Assembly (NCBI GenBank): GCA_963663405.2 | Contig: CAXXSM010000129.1 | Span: 1 to 51,853, forward strand | Source of the DNA: a bacterium | GTDB taxonomy: Bacteria > Hinthialibacterota > Hinthialibacteria > Hinthialibacterales > Hinthialibacteraceae | DNA length: 51,853 nucleotides | Direction of reading: 5' to 3' | Shown here: positions 37,270 to 47,848 of the stretch, one piece after another | Layout of the letters: the number at the start of each line of letters is the position of its first letter | How positions within the stretch are numbered: the stretch's first letter is position 1 | Position numbers and translations under genes: made by a program | The notes under the pieces: model-generated | Databases searched by the model: none | Told to the model about the DNA's origin: nothing | What the model saw: the letters and a program-made list of their open reading frames with translations, nothing else

Positions 37270-37350
37270 ACGATTGACTCCTGCTTAGCTTATAACTTAG
37301 AGATCAAACATCTCTTTTTATGAATAACGATTTCACTTTAGAAGAATATA

Positions 37351-38884
37351 TTAACATTCACGAAGCGCCGCGTTCCGGCCTGCGAGGCGTCCACTGGTGA
37401 ATGCCCAGGCCAGGTGCAGGCCATGTCCCCAGATAATGATTCCCCCCATGCCGGTTGATCCACCAGCATATAAACCAGGGATGATCTCCCCATCAGATTT
37501 CATGACTTCCATTTTTTCATTGATCCGCACTCCACCTTCTGTTGTGACGATCCAGCTTTTCACGGGGCCTAGCGCGTAACAGGGCGGTTTCAGAATGGGG
37601 AATCCAAAATTGGTTCGTTGGAATGGATCGTTTTTTTCTTCCATGCAGCGCTTCGTGAAATTCATTGAGAGTCGTATCAAGAATCTCTGGTTTCATATTC
37701 AATTTTTGGGCTAATCCGGCTAGAGTGGGAGATTCCGTATAAATATCCGGTCGAAGGCGTTTGTAATCCTGGATGTAGGCGTACGCGATTTCAGGGGCGG
37801 TGGAGATAAAATTCGGCCAGACGGAAAATACATCCGCCAATTCTTGGCCAAAGACAATATAGGCGATTTTATCCGGTTGCTTTGGGATCACCAGTTCAGG
37901 TTGATCCGTTTCATCTGTAAAGCGCTTACCCTCTCGATTGATGAGAATCGCGCCCTGGTCAAACAGACTTTTTTCTGGATGCTGCCAGGTGACTAAAAGA
38001 CTTTTGATCATCCGGTTGAGAATCGACTGAGGCATAATTCGCATTCCCATGCCCATCACTTTGGCGAGAAATGGATTCGCAGGCAGCAATTGCGCGAAGG
38101 GCGCCTTTGGTGGAGGGATAAACCGGATTTCCGGTCCATAGACAACATCCATGTTGAGCAATTCACCCCCGGCATCTCTCGCCAGCCGATGCCCATCACC
38201 TGTGGCGGTTGGATTGATCCCTTCCACCGCCGCGACCTCCTCGGACAGGAATTCGCTTTTAACAAGGTCGCCATTGGAGTAATCCCCTGTCGCGAGAACG
38301 ATCCCCTTCTGCGCTTGAATCATCCAGCGACCGGATTCTGTTTGGCACTCCAATCCAACCACGGTTCCCGATTCAGACAGAACTAAACGCATCGCCCGGC
38401 AGCCCAATACGATTCGGCCGCCTTGTTTTAAAATGCGTTGATGAAGTATGGCGATATAGGCTTTCGCGTTGGGAACGACATTATGCATGCGTGAAACACG
38501 GTTCGGAGGTTCTGGATTGGGGCCATGAAAAGTCAATCCCAGGCTTTGCAGCCACTCCAGCGTTTCCGCCGCATGGCGCGTGAAAAACTGACGCAAATCC
38601 CAGTTGTTACGCGGTTCCAAATCCGGGGCGAATTTCTCAATGTCTTCATTGTGCCATTCGGGTGAGTCTTCGATGCCGGCCGCTTCTTGCAGAGATGTGC
38701 AAGCGGCGGTCAATGAACCAACAGCGACGCTTGTGGTTCCTCCAAGTTGTGGATTTTTTTCAACCAGAATAACATCGGCTCCGTTGTTTAACGCTTCCAA
38801 CGCCGCAGCTAAGCCGGTTCCACCGGCGCCAACTACGATGACACCGGTTTGATCATCCCATTGTTCTTGATTATTAACTGTCAT
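37351..38884 (-). CDS. Flavoprotein of the fumarate reductase/3-ketosteroid dehydrogenase (FAD_binding_2) family; one frameshift at the A7 run 37631-37637
   Basis: 'VIVVGAGGTG', 'GIVLATGDY', 'GDGHRLA', 'AILINREGKRFTDE'. The C-terminus lies in ORF 37351-37680 ('TTEGGVRIN...IPGLYAGG...GHGLHLAWAFTSGRLAG'). Removing one A gives 510 aa. Confidence 0.85.
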
Positions 38885-39253
38885 AGAGAACGCCCTCCAA
38901 GCGATTGAATGTTGATGATATGGAAATACGGATATAGTGACGCCATTCCACTTTTTTTCTGATTTTAGATCAATTTACTTTGAGCGTATGTATAACGTCA
39001 AGCGTTCTTCTTGAAGATGACAGGCTCCATTAGAAAAATATCGTTTTCGTTCTAATCAATCTATCATTGTCATTTCCTATTTGACACTTCAAGAGTTCTC
39101 TTGCGTGTCCGATTATAAAACACGATAATTTCTTCCTCACGTTTCAGCGCTAGATTCACTGGGGAACCGGTTGGTTTGGCGCTAGGATATGAATGTGATT
39201 TTCATTGTTTAACCTATCTGAATCAGAACCAACTCAAGGAAAGATTGACGCTG

Positions 39254-41551
39254 ATGAATGTAAAAACCAATACGATATTTCTCATTTTCATTATGCAATT
39301 CAGTGTCGGTTTAGCAAACGTGTCATGGTGTGAATCGCAATCGGGAGCCGAGGTTTCGAACGGAGCGCAAGATGAAATACCACCGGTTTTAGGCTGTTGG
39401 TTCTGGCAAGAGCCGGAATTTGAGCCGGATGGATATCGGCCATTTCTTGACATGGTATGCGTTCACACACCGTTCACGAAGCTCACAACAAGCCTGCGCG
39501 TTCCGCATAAAGAAGTGACCGATCCTGATGTCTACGATCAAATCATGGCGGCTGCGACATATGCGCGGGATCATGGTACACCGCTGGTCATGGATTTAGA
39601 TGTTCGTCTTGCGCGTCGGGCGTTTCAACAAGCCTATCCGGAGGAGTTGCAGGAAATGCTGATCCTTCATGAGGAGGCTCTTCCCGCGTCCGGGGAAATA
39701 CAAATTGAGATTCAAAGCCATGATCTCTCCGATCATTACACACACCGAACCACGCATTACATTCCCGTTCGTGGATCGCTCAAACGTGTATACACCTATA
39801 CAAGTGAGGATGGCCTAATTGAAGGGGATTCATTGGAGGATATAACAAACCAATGCGCGCTCATTCACGCGACGGAAAAAAGCGTCCGGATTTCGGTTTC
39901 AGTCGATGAGAAATTACGCGGTCATAAAATCTGTGTTTTAGTTTCCTTCTCGCATCTGGCGCCAGATGTATTTGCGCCACATCTCATACGTTTTCAGCGC
40001 TCGATCATTCAGCAATACGCGGATACGCCGTTAGCTGGTGTATGCAAGGATGAATGGGGATTTCCTCCCAGCTTCGACGGCGCGCCGGAGAAAAATGAAT
40101 TCTGGTATTCACGTTATCGCGCGGAAGCGTACGCTAAACGAACGGGAGGACGAGATTTAATCGCAGATTGTTTATTGATGTACATGGGTATTAAAGGTAG
40201 AGAAAAAGAACGGTTCGCCGCCATCAATCATTTCATGGCGATGTCCTGCGAGAGAAATGGAGCCTTGGAGAGTGATTTCTATCAAGCAGTAAAAAACGTA
40301 TTTGGCTCTGAAGCCGTTGTGGCTACGCATCCGACCTGGTGGCCCTATCCAGACCTGCGGGAATTCAAGAAGAACGGCCTCAGCTGGTGGGGCGCGAGAC
40401 GGGACTGGGCGCAGACGGATGAAACCACGCCATTCGCCGTCCGCACAGCCCTTTCCAAAAAATGGAATAGCCCCGTATGGTTTAATATGTTTTATTCAAG
40501 CAAGAAATCGGATTATGAGCGAAACGTATGGGCTTATGTGTTAGCCGGTGGACGCATAAACTATCACCCGCCTTGGCCTGATCCTTCCGACTTGCTTGAA
40601 CGGCGTCGCGCGCTTTTGCGTGGAGATTTATTCCGCGCGGAAAGCCGAGTTCGTTTAGTAAACTGCATTACAAAAACTCCTCTCGATTGTCCTGTCGCGG
40701 TAATTTTCGGTCACGCTTGCGCGATGAATTGGGCTGGACCCGCCTACAACGATGTGGGGATGGAATTGGCGGATAGACTCTGGAGAGCCGGCTTTCCGAC
40801 CGATTTGATTCCCAGCAGTGAAATCGCTCCGGGGCATCTCTTTGTGAATCAAGAGGGATGGATTCAATACGGCCCTCAGCGTTATTCCGCAGTCGTTCTA
40901 TACCATCCTGAATTCGAGAAACCTTCAACAGCTTCATTGTTCCAACAAGCCGCGAAAGGTCAAACCGCGCTTTTCCGAATGGGAGACTGGACTCGTGATT
41001 TCGATGGAGAATTGTATAAAGGCGACGCGGCGCTGCCAGATTCAATGACGCCAATGATAGATATGGATTCTATGATGGAAGAGATCTGTAATGAGTTAAA
41101 CGCGCGACGCGTCGATCCGCAAACGCCGGCGTCTGCGGATATGATCGGTTTTGAACACACTTCCGTTTCCCCACCGACCGAAGGATTTTGCCGCCTGATC
41201 GATGGAACCATAGTATATGTGGCGGGTACGCGCAGAATAGCGGGAGATCCAATACGAACAGCGTTCAGTATTAATGGATATCCTATCTATTTCGATGCGG
41301 AAGGGATCGCCGCGGTTCGCTTGGATGAGCGCGGCGCTGTGGATGCGTTAGCCGCCGGTGGATTAAAACGATTCAAAGCCGGTGATTTCGATCTCTCACT
41401 CGATCCACCCTTGGATATTGCTCTTTGGCGGAAGAAGGACGGCAGTTATCGTGGCGCCATACAAGATTTTAATGATGCGATACCAGAGCGCCTGTTGGCA
41501 ATAACAACCGATTGGCTTCGTTTTTCACTTGCAAAAGAACTTACTGATTGA
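39254..41551 (+). CDS. Secreted hypothetical protein, possibly a TIM-barrel glycoside hydrolase
   Basis: Likely ATG at 39254 with signal peptide; 'GVCKDEWGFP', 'THPTW', 'AQTDE', 'VAVIFGH'. Family assignment is uncertain. Confidence 0.7.
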   Translation: MNVKTNTIFLIFIMQFSVGLANVSWCESQSGAEVSNGAQDEIPPVLGCWFWQEPEFEPDGYRPFLDMVCVHTPFTKLTTSLRVPHKEVTDPDVYDQIMAAATYARDHGTPLVMDLDVRLARRAFQQAYPEELQEMLILHEEALPASGEIQIEIQSHDLSDHYTHRTTHYIPVRGSLKRVYTYTSEDGLIEGDSLEDITNQCALIHATEKSVRISVSVDEKLRGHKICVLVSFSHLAPDVFAPHLIRFQRSIIQQYADTPLAGVCKDEWGFPPSFDGAPEKNEFWYSRYRAEAYAKRTGGRDLIADCLLMYMGIKGREKERFAAINHFMAMSCERNGALESDFYQAVKNVFGSEAVVATHPTWWPYPDLREFKKNGLSWWGARRDWAQTDETTPFAVRTALSKKWNSPVWFNMFYSSKKSDYERNVWAYVLAGGRINYHPPWPDPSDLLERRRALLRGDLFRAESRVRLVNCITKTPLDCPVAVIFGHACAMNWAGPAYNDVGMELADRLWRAGFPTDLIPSSEIAPGHLFVNQEGWIQYGPQRYSAVVLYHPEFEKPSTASLFQQAAKGQTALFRMGDWTRDFDGELYKGDAALPDSMTPMIDMDSMMEEICNELNARRVDPQTPASADMIGFEHTSVSPPTEGFCRLIDGTIVYVAGTRRIAGDPIRTAFSINGYPIYFDAEGIAAVRLDERGAVDALAAGGLKRFKAGDFDLSLDPPLDIALWRKKDGSYRGAIQDFNDAIPERLLAITTDWLRFSLAKELTD

Positions 41552-41774
41552 TATACAAATTTTTGTTAGGATACAATGTCAAAAACATTTATTGTCATGC
41601 CAATCTCTTCCCACTTAGCGCACAAAAATTTTAATAATATTGATTCCGCGAGAAATACTGATAATCGGGGTCTTGATAGAAGAGGGAGAAATATGATACA
41701 AATAAATAGTCGGCTTCGTCGACCAATCAAAGTGACAAACTAATACATTGTGCTTTTGCAGAAGGAGGATAAAG

Positions 41775-42461
41775 ATGGTTACGCAAAGATTCATAACATT
41801 CGGAATGCTCGCTGTTTTTCTTATCATTCCTCAGTCTTTCTCACCGGTTGCGGCTGAAATTTACTTCCAGGACGATTTCGAGGATCCTGCGGTCTCTGAG
41901 GACAAATGGGAAGTTATTACCGGTGATTGGGAGGTTGGCGGTGGTGTCTACTCCCAGTATAGCACAGCGGATCCGTGGCTCGTGACCATGGTCTCGTCGG
42001 ATTACTGGAACGATGAATGGGTGGAATACACCGTCGAATTCGAGGTCATGCCACTGACCGAAGGGGACGCTCCGGTTAATGTGCTCTTCCGGGTTCAGGA
42101 TCCCGTGCCTTTGATCTGGGATGACCGCCGGGGGGAAAATACCCACATGTATCGATGGATCGTGAACGGCTGGACGAATACGGAATCCCGGCCCTATATC
42201 TACAAACCGGGTGAAAGTGTTATGCTGGCCCAGACAGAGTGCTCACTGGAAGTAGCGATTTGGCATCACATCAAGTTAGAGGTTACCGCGGCTGGCTTCA
42301 CCGGCTATGTGGATGGTGTGGAAATGTTTTCTGTGGAGAATTCGGAATGGACGACTGGCAGGGTTGGACTTCATGCTTACAGCGGTGAGTTGGATGTCGA
42401 TGATTTCGTTATCTATGGACCGGATAATGTGAATGTCAAACGATGGAGTGTTTATGATTAA
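41775..42461 (+). CDS. Secreted concanavalin-like/DUF1080-type domain protein with W-x-x-Y C-terminal tail
   Basis: AGGAGG SD and signal peptide; 'YFQDDFED', 'WHHIKLEV...GYVDG', 'GRVGLHAY...VDDFVIY'; ends 'NVKRWSVYD'. Confidence 0.78.
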   Translation: MVTQRFITFGMLAVFLIIPQSFSPVAAEIYFQDDFEDPAVSEDKWEVITGDWEVGGGVYSQYSTADPWLVTMVSSDYWNDEWVEYTVEFEVMPLTEGDAPVNVLFRVQDPVPLIWDDRRGENTHMYRWIVNGWTNTESRPYIYKPGESVMLAQTECSLEVAIWHHIKLEVTAAGFTGYVDGVEMFSVENSEWTTGRVGLHAYSGELDVDDFVIYGPDNVNVKRWSVYD

Positions 42462-42638
42462 AAAAGAGAATCCCCTGCGACTGTCAACTGAAAATCGAAC
42501 TGATAAATATTGATAAAAAGAGGCTCATCCGGTGAATTGGGCGCAATGCGTTTTTTCTTAGGAAATTTGTATAGTTTAGCCTATTTCCAAATTGAATCCG
42601 TTCAAATTTCTTCGAAAAAAAATCTGCGAATTGTTGGG

Positions 42639-42683
42639 TGGAGCGGGAAACGGGATTCGAATCCGCGACTCTCAGCTTGGGAA
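42639..42683 (-). tRNA. 3' half of tRNA-Gly(CCC): att-site scar, not a full tRNA
   Basis: Minus strand TT-CCC-AAGCTGAGAGTCGCGGATTCGAATCCCGTTTCCCGCTCCA. Begins in the anticodon loop; the 5' half is absent. Confidence 0.8.
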
Positions 42684-43116
42684 TAAGGTCTCCCAATGGT
42701 GGAACATGGAGGAATATCGATTAAAATGACGCACTTTCAAGCCCTTCTGAAAAACAAGAATCCAAAACATAGTTGACTTTAGAGCCCTTAGAGTGAATCG
42801 AAGGATTCCTAAAAAAATTCCTGGCAGAATCACTCAACATTTTCGATAATGAATAACCAATGCATGTCCTACAGCAATTATAACTTGAGACGTATGGATT
42901 GATACACTATAAGAGCCTTGAGGATCAATGGAATGGCTGCATGAATTACGTCCATAGAGGTCCCATTTACGAGTCTGTATTGAAAGGGGATCATATGATA
43001 TAACATTAATAACGTCAAGCGATTAGCAGTGGTTCGATTCTTGGGTGACAGGCACACATAGTTCTACCCATCACAATTATGGTAGAATGTAAGAACGCTT
43101 ATTGAATAGTTTTCGA

Positions 43117-44262
43117 TTATTTTATTTCAATGAGAACGAGCGTTCGGTCGTCTTCCGGTTCACCGGTGCGTAAGGCGTCGATTTCTCGAAACACTTCATT
43201 CAAAAAATCGAGCGAACGCAGTCGAATATGTTTTTTGATCAATTGTTGAAATCTGTCTTTTCCTAAGATTTCCCCATTGTGTTTCATCGTTTCAGGAAAT
43301 CCGTCAGTATAGAGAATCATTCGATCTCCTGATTGAAGCGGGATTTTGGATTCGGTCACATCACCGTCCATCATCATCATCGGAAATCCGACAGCCGGAA
43401 CATGGGCATTGATGGATTCCAACGAGTTGTCGCCATGTTTCCAAATGTATATTTCTGGATGACCGGCATTGCAGATTATTAATGTGTGAGTCATCAGATT
43501 GACGTCGGCAATGGCGAGCGTCAAAAAGATTGATGTATCGCCGATTGTTTTTTCCACGAATCGATGCAGGTGTTGAACAACATTGAAGGGAGGGCGTTCT
43601 TCCTTTAAGCGGCTCATAAGTTCATTATGCAGCATAGTCGCGACCAAAGCGGCGGAAACGCCGTGCCCCATCACATCCAGAAGAGCAATGGCGAAATGAT
43701 CTTCGTCATATTGAAACGCTGCCAGATGATCACCGCCGATGTCGATGAGTGGTTCAAAGCGATAATTCAAACTTAAAAATTGATTATCGATGGGAGGGGG
43801 AAGCAATGTTGTTTGGATTTTACCGGCAAACTGCAAATCCATTTCCATTTGCTGTTGTTGTTCCTTGACTTTTTGCTCAAGCCGGGCGGTACGCAATACA
43901 CGCCGGATTATGGTCAGCATGTGATCGTAATCGAGCGGCTTCGTGATAAAATCCGCCGCGCCTACTTTCATCGCTTTAACGGCATAATCAATGGTTCCAA
44001 ACACTGTCATAATAATGATAGGGATAGGATTTTCTCGTTTTGAAAGTTCTTCTAACAGTTCCATCCCTCCCATTTCGGGCATCATCAAGTCGGAAACGAT
44101 TAAATCCAGTTGTTGCTCTTGTACAATCTGCAACGCCTTGACGCCGTTTTCCGCATTGAGAACTTCGTAACCTTCCAATTCCATAAAATCACATAGGTTC
44201 AAGCGGATATCTTCTTCGTCATCGACGATGATCACTCGATCTTTCTTCACCGGTTCGTGCAT
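43117..44262 (-). CDS. Response regulator receiver + PP2C/SpoIIE phosphatase (RsbU-like)
   Basis: 'IVDDEE...SDLMMPEMGG...DFITKP'; 'IGGD', 'LLDVMGHGVSAA', 'NAGHP', 'LYTDGF', 'EDDRT'. Confidence 0.92.
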   Translation of the reverse strand: MHEPVKKDRVIIVDDEEDIRLNLCDFMELEGYEVLNAENGVKALQIVQEQQLDLIVSDLMMPEMGGMELLEELSKRENPIPIIIMTVFGTIDYAVKAMKVGAADFITKPLDYDHMLTIIRRVLRTARLEQKVKEQQQQMEMDLQFAGKIQTTLLPPPIDNQFLSLNYRFEPLIDIGGDHLAAFQYDEDHFAIALLDVMGHGVSAALVATMLHNELMSRLKEERPPFNVVQHLHRFVEKTIGDTSIFLTLAIADVNLMTHTLIICNAGHPEIYIWKHGDNSLESINAHVPAVGFPMMMMDGDVTESKIPLQSGDRMILYTDGFPETMKHNGEILGKDRFQQLIKKHIRLRSLDFLNEVFREIDALRTGEPEDDRTLVLIEIK

Positions 44263-44636
44263 TATTCTCTACCCCGCGTTAACAGTTCTTCGATCAATTG
44301 CAGCAATTCATCTTGATCGTAGGGTTTCATGATCATCCCGTCTGCGCCATATTCCTTTATTTTCTCTCCCATGCCTCGTTGGGATGAAGCGCTGACCATC
44401 ACAACGGGTAATGTTGGCTGTAACTCTTTTAAGCGGCGGAGTACTTCGATCCCATCAATTTCCGGGAGTTGAATATCCAGAAGAGCAATATCTGGCAAGG
44501 ATGTTTTTATCTCCTCAAGGGCCTCTTCTCCCGAGAGGCAGATTTTGGTTGTGTAGCCTTCGAGTTCCAGTAAATCGGCGAGATTCTCCGCCAAATCTTC
44601 TTCGTCTTCAACGATCAGAATCTTCGGTTCCGGCAT
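44262..44636 (-). CDS. Single-domain response regulator
   Basis: 'ILIVEDEE', 'LLDIQLPEIDG', 'VSA', 'KPY'. Confidence 0.92.
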   Translation of the reverse strand: MPEPKILIVEDEEDLAENLADLLELEGYTTKICLSGEEALEEIKTSLPDIALLDIQLPEIDGIEVLRRLKELQPTLPVVMVSASSQRGMGEKIKEYGADGMIMKPYDQDELLQLIEELLTRGRE

Positions 44637-44656
44637 TTTTTTTCTCCTTCACTCAT

Positions 44657-47600
44657 CTAAACAGGTAACATCATCGTAAATATCGAACCAGAACCATGTT
44701 CGCTCTCAACGATTAACGAGCCATTATGCATTTCTACTAATTCTTTGGCAATCGACAATCCCAAGCTACTCCCCTTCGCGAATTTCTGAGATGCAGAAGT
44801 GCGGTAAAACCGTTCCCAAATCTTCTCACACTCTTCTTTCGTCATACCGATGCCTGAATCGTGAACGATCAGTGCAACTTGATTGTCCTCCTTTCTTAAA
44901 TTGACTTCAACGGTTCCACCCTCCGCTGTGTATTTGATTGCGTTGCTTATCAGTTCCCCTACAACACGCTCCATTTTACCCACATCGACATGGATCGGAT
45001 ATGACTCACTCAATCCATCGGATTTGATGATGATTTTTTTCTGTTCTGCGGCTGGTTGATTCTCATGAATAACACTTTTGGCGAGAGCATCAAAGTGAAT
45101 ATCACTCTTTTCAAGCACCATTCGTCCAGATTCGATACGGTTAATATCGAGGATATCGTTGATGAGATGGGTGAGACGTTCTACGGAATGAAGAGCGCGA
45201 TCGATTAATTTTTGATGTTTGTCATTGGGTTTTCCCCCCACACCGCGGAGAATATTATCCATGCTGCTTTTGATGGCGGTTAATGGCGTGCGGAGATCGT
45301 GAGACGCTTGTGAGACGAACGCGGATTTCATCTGATCGAGCTGCATCAATTCTGCATTGGCTTCCTGCAATTCGGCGTTCATGGTGTTGAGTTGTGTTTT
45401 TGAGAGTTCCAGCCGCTGGGAGTATTTATTGAGTTTTCGATGCCGGTTGATGGCGATCCCTGCAAACAGTAGAACCAGCGTTGAACTGATAACAATAATC
45501 AGCGTCACTTTGGGATCGCGATACCACGGATCCAAGACCTGGAATGTATGTATGGCGGGGCTTTCCGATACATTCCAGTTCATATCCATTGCCTTGACCT
45601 GGAAAGTATGTCTACCCGGCGCTATCGCTTTGAATGCCGCGACGATTTCGTTCTTATATTCCGACCACTCTCCATCATCGATACGATATGAGTATAACAA
45701 GCGTTCTTTTTGTGTTTGCTTCCATTTGTCGATCCCATCAAACACAAATTGCGCGTTACCGTCGGACGTGATGGTATCGCTGTTTTTGCCTTGAACCATC
45801 CACACGATGGGCGGCGACGTATCCGCATCGGGATTGAATCTGCTTACCCCTTTTAGCGTACCCACCCAGATATTGCCTTGACTGTCTTCAAATAATTTAT
45901 GAGTGTAGTTGATCGGCAAACCATCTTCAACGGTGTAGCAAACCCATGCATGGGATTGGTTGGGATTGTAACAATGAACTCCATTTTTCGCCGCCACCCA
46001 AATGCGCCCCTTGCGGTCTTTGATAATATCCCGAGCATAGTCGATGCCCTCCTTAATAATGCGCCAGGCGATTCCATCATACTCCGTGACTTCATTCCCT
46101 CCCACACACCAAGTCCGGTTATTGCCTATATCCACGAGTTTGAAAGCGCCTGTTCCAGGAAAAATCTGTTGATTGTCAAAAAGAACGGTTTCACCGTTTT
46201 TCCGGAGCAACAGTGGGCCTAATGAATGCCATAATCCCATCCAAAGATCGCCGTTCTCCATTTCGATTATATTGGTTATCCTTGGTAACTTGCGATTTTG
46301 CGCGACCTGCTCCAAATCGAGAACGGGTATAAACGATTCTTCATCGTATCGGTATACTTTCTTAAATTGTAGAGAGTCTCTATCAAAGGAGATTACCCAA
46401 ATTGTCTTATTTTGACTAAAAAAATTCTCCAATCTTTCTCCCGTTGGAAGTAGCCAAGGACTAAATGTTTTCTTGGCCGGGTCGAATAAATAAATACCGG
46501 ATTTTACCGCCGAATCGAATTCGATTGCTATTTGATTGTTGGGGAAAGCAAGCACATTATAAGAGCCTATTACCCAGCTAAAATCTGCAGGATCCATTGT
46601 ATAGACGGCAATTTTGTTGCTACGATAAGAAATTAAGCGATTGAAATTCGATATCCATATGGTTCCATTACTGTCTTCGGCGATTCCGAATACACCGCTG
46701 TCAATTTCTTTTAGCGCATACGGAGTTGACCACAACGGTTCGGCATACCGTACCAATCCAAGATTGGAGCCGGCAAAGAAACGGGAATCCGATTCGAACG
46801 CAACATCCCAAAATAAAATGGGAAAAACGACGGTTTCTTTGGTTCCTTCTTGAATAAAGGTTTGCGAGGAGTCGGAATACCAAAGGCGATTCTGAGTATC
46901 TTTCCATCCGAATGAAGTGTTGGTATATTCCTGATCGACGATCGTCATCCAGTGATTCTCGCGAAATTCCAATAATTCTGTTCCTGTTAAACGTGTTGCA
47001 TTGTGGATATAACTTTTTGCATACAACGTTCCATCACTTTGTTCGATCAGGTGGAAAAGATAAAAGTTTGACCGGTTAAATTTGTCAGAGAAAGGATATT
47101 CCTTCCATGTCCATCGAGGAGGAGTGTGCGATGTATCCCAATACCCTTTAATCGCCCCACCGCTTGCAGATATCCATATGCCATTGTCTTTTGCGGAATA
47201 GACGTTCCCCAGATATTGGTTGTTTCCAAAAAGACTGCAGTTCGTGAAAACTGGCAACGACCAATCATAATTTTTTACCATATCCGTATCGGTAGCGCTG
47301 AGAATCACATCCAAGGTTTTTGAATCAGGACGGTACGAATACACCTTGTCGTAATAGGAAAAGATTAATTGCCCACTTGGATGACAGACAAATCGCCCCT
47401 CGGGTCTGTTGCCTATATAACTGACTCGGATTTCCGAAGTGCTGTCGAGAATCTGGTCGCTAAAAGCTGGGATGGGGAAAGGCTCCCATTCCATTCGGGA
47501 TTTATCCAGTCGCTGAAATCCAAGAAATTTTGATGCAGACTCCTTTTTACTAGCTGTCAAGTAACTCCATAGTGTCCCATCCAAATCTTGTTGGAAAAAA

Positions 47601-47848
47601 GCTAAAAAATAGGGAGATGGTAACTTTGTAATTCGATAGCCATCCAACTGATTGAAATAGGTAGTTCCGCCAGTAGCGATCACGTTGCCTTGCTGACTGA
47701 CATGGGCATACACAATAGTCGTTACACTTAAACCGTCTTCCGTCGTCCAAAACCGAAAGCGAGGATCATCGGTGGAAAAAACAGTGAAAGGACAGATAAA
47801 TAGAAGGATTAAACAGAAACAAGAATAGATCGTTTGATAACGCATCAT
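44657..47848 (-). CDS. Sensor histidine kinase with periplasmic beta-propeller (Reg_prop) and Y_Y_Y domains
   Basis: Signal peptide; 'EDSNGTIW', 'DRKGRIWV', 'EDGLP...EDSQGNIWVGT'; Y_Y_Y 'YSYRID...GRHTFQVKAMD'; TM; 'SHDLRTPLT'; 'ELISNAIKYT'; 'DSGIG'; 'KGSSLGLSIAKE'. Confidence 0.92.
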   Translation of the reverse strand: MMRYQTIYSCFCLILLFICPFTVFSTDDPRFRFWTTEDGLSVTTIVYAHVSQQGNVIATGGTTYFNQLDGYRITKLPSPYFLAFFQQDLDGTLWSYLTASKKESASKFLGFQRLDKSRMEWEPFPIPAFSDQILDSTSEIRVSYIGNRPEGRFVCHPSGQLIFSYYDKVYSYRPDSKTLDVILSATDTDMVKNYDWSLPVFTNCSLFGNNQYLGNVYSAKDNGIWISASGGAIKGYWDTSHTPPRWTWKEYPFSDKFNRSNFYLFHLIEQSDGTLYAKSYIHNATRLTGTELLEFRENHWMTIVDQEYTNTSFGWKDTQNRLWYSDSSQTFIQEGTKETVVFPILFWDVAFESDSRFFAGSNLGLVRYAEPLWSTPYALKEIDSGVFGIAEDSNGTIWISNFNRLISYRSNKIAVYTMDPADFSWVIGSYNVLAFPNNQIAIEFDSAVKSGIYLFDPAKKTFSPWLLPTGERLENFFSQNKTIWVISFDRDSLQFKKVYRYDEESFIPVLDLEQVAQNRKLPRITNIIEMENGDLWMGLWHSLGPLLLRKNGETVLFDNQQIFPGTGAFKLVDIGNNRTWCVGGNEVTEYDGIAWRIIKEGIDYARDIIKDRKGRIWVAAKNGVHCYNPNQSHAWVCYTVEDGLPINYTHKLFEDSQGNIWVGTLKGVSRFNPDADTSPPIVWMVQGKNSDTITSDGNAQFVFDGIDKWKQTQKERLLYSYRIDDGEWSEYKNEIVAAFKAIAPGRHTFQVKAMDMNWNVSESPAIHTFQVLDPWYRDPKVTLIIVISSTLVLLFAGIAINRHRKLNKYSQRLELSKTQLNTMNAELQEANAELMQLDQMKSAFVSQASHDLRTPLTAIKSSMDNILRGVGGKPNDKHQKLIDRALHSVERLTHLINDILDINRIESGRMVLEKSDIHFDALAKSVIHENQPAAEQKKIIIKSDGLSESYPIHVDVGKMERVVGELISNAIKYTAEGGTVEVNLRKEDNQVALIVHDSGIGMTKEECEKIWERFYRTSASQKFAKGSSLGLSIAKELVEMHNGSLIVESEHGSGSIFTMMLPV

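Noticed and set aside
43020-43060. GGTTCGATTC T-loop-like motif
   Set aside because: No paired T-stem, acceptor stem or CCA around it.
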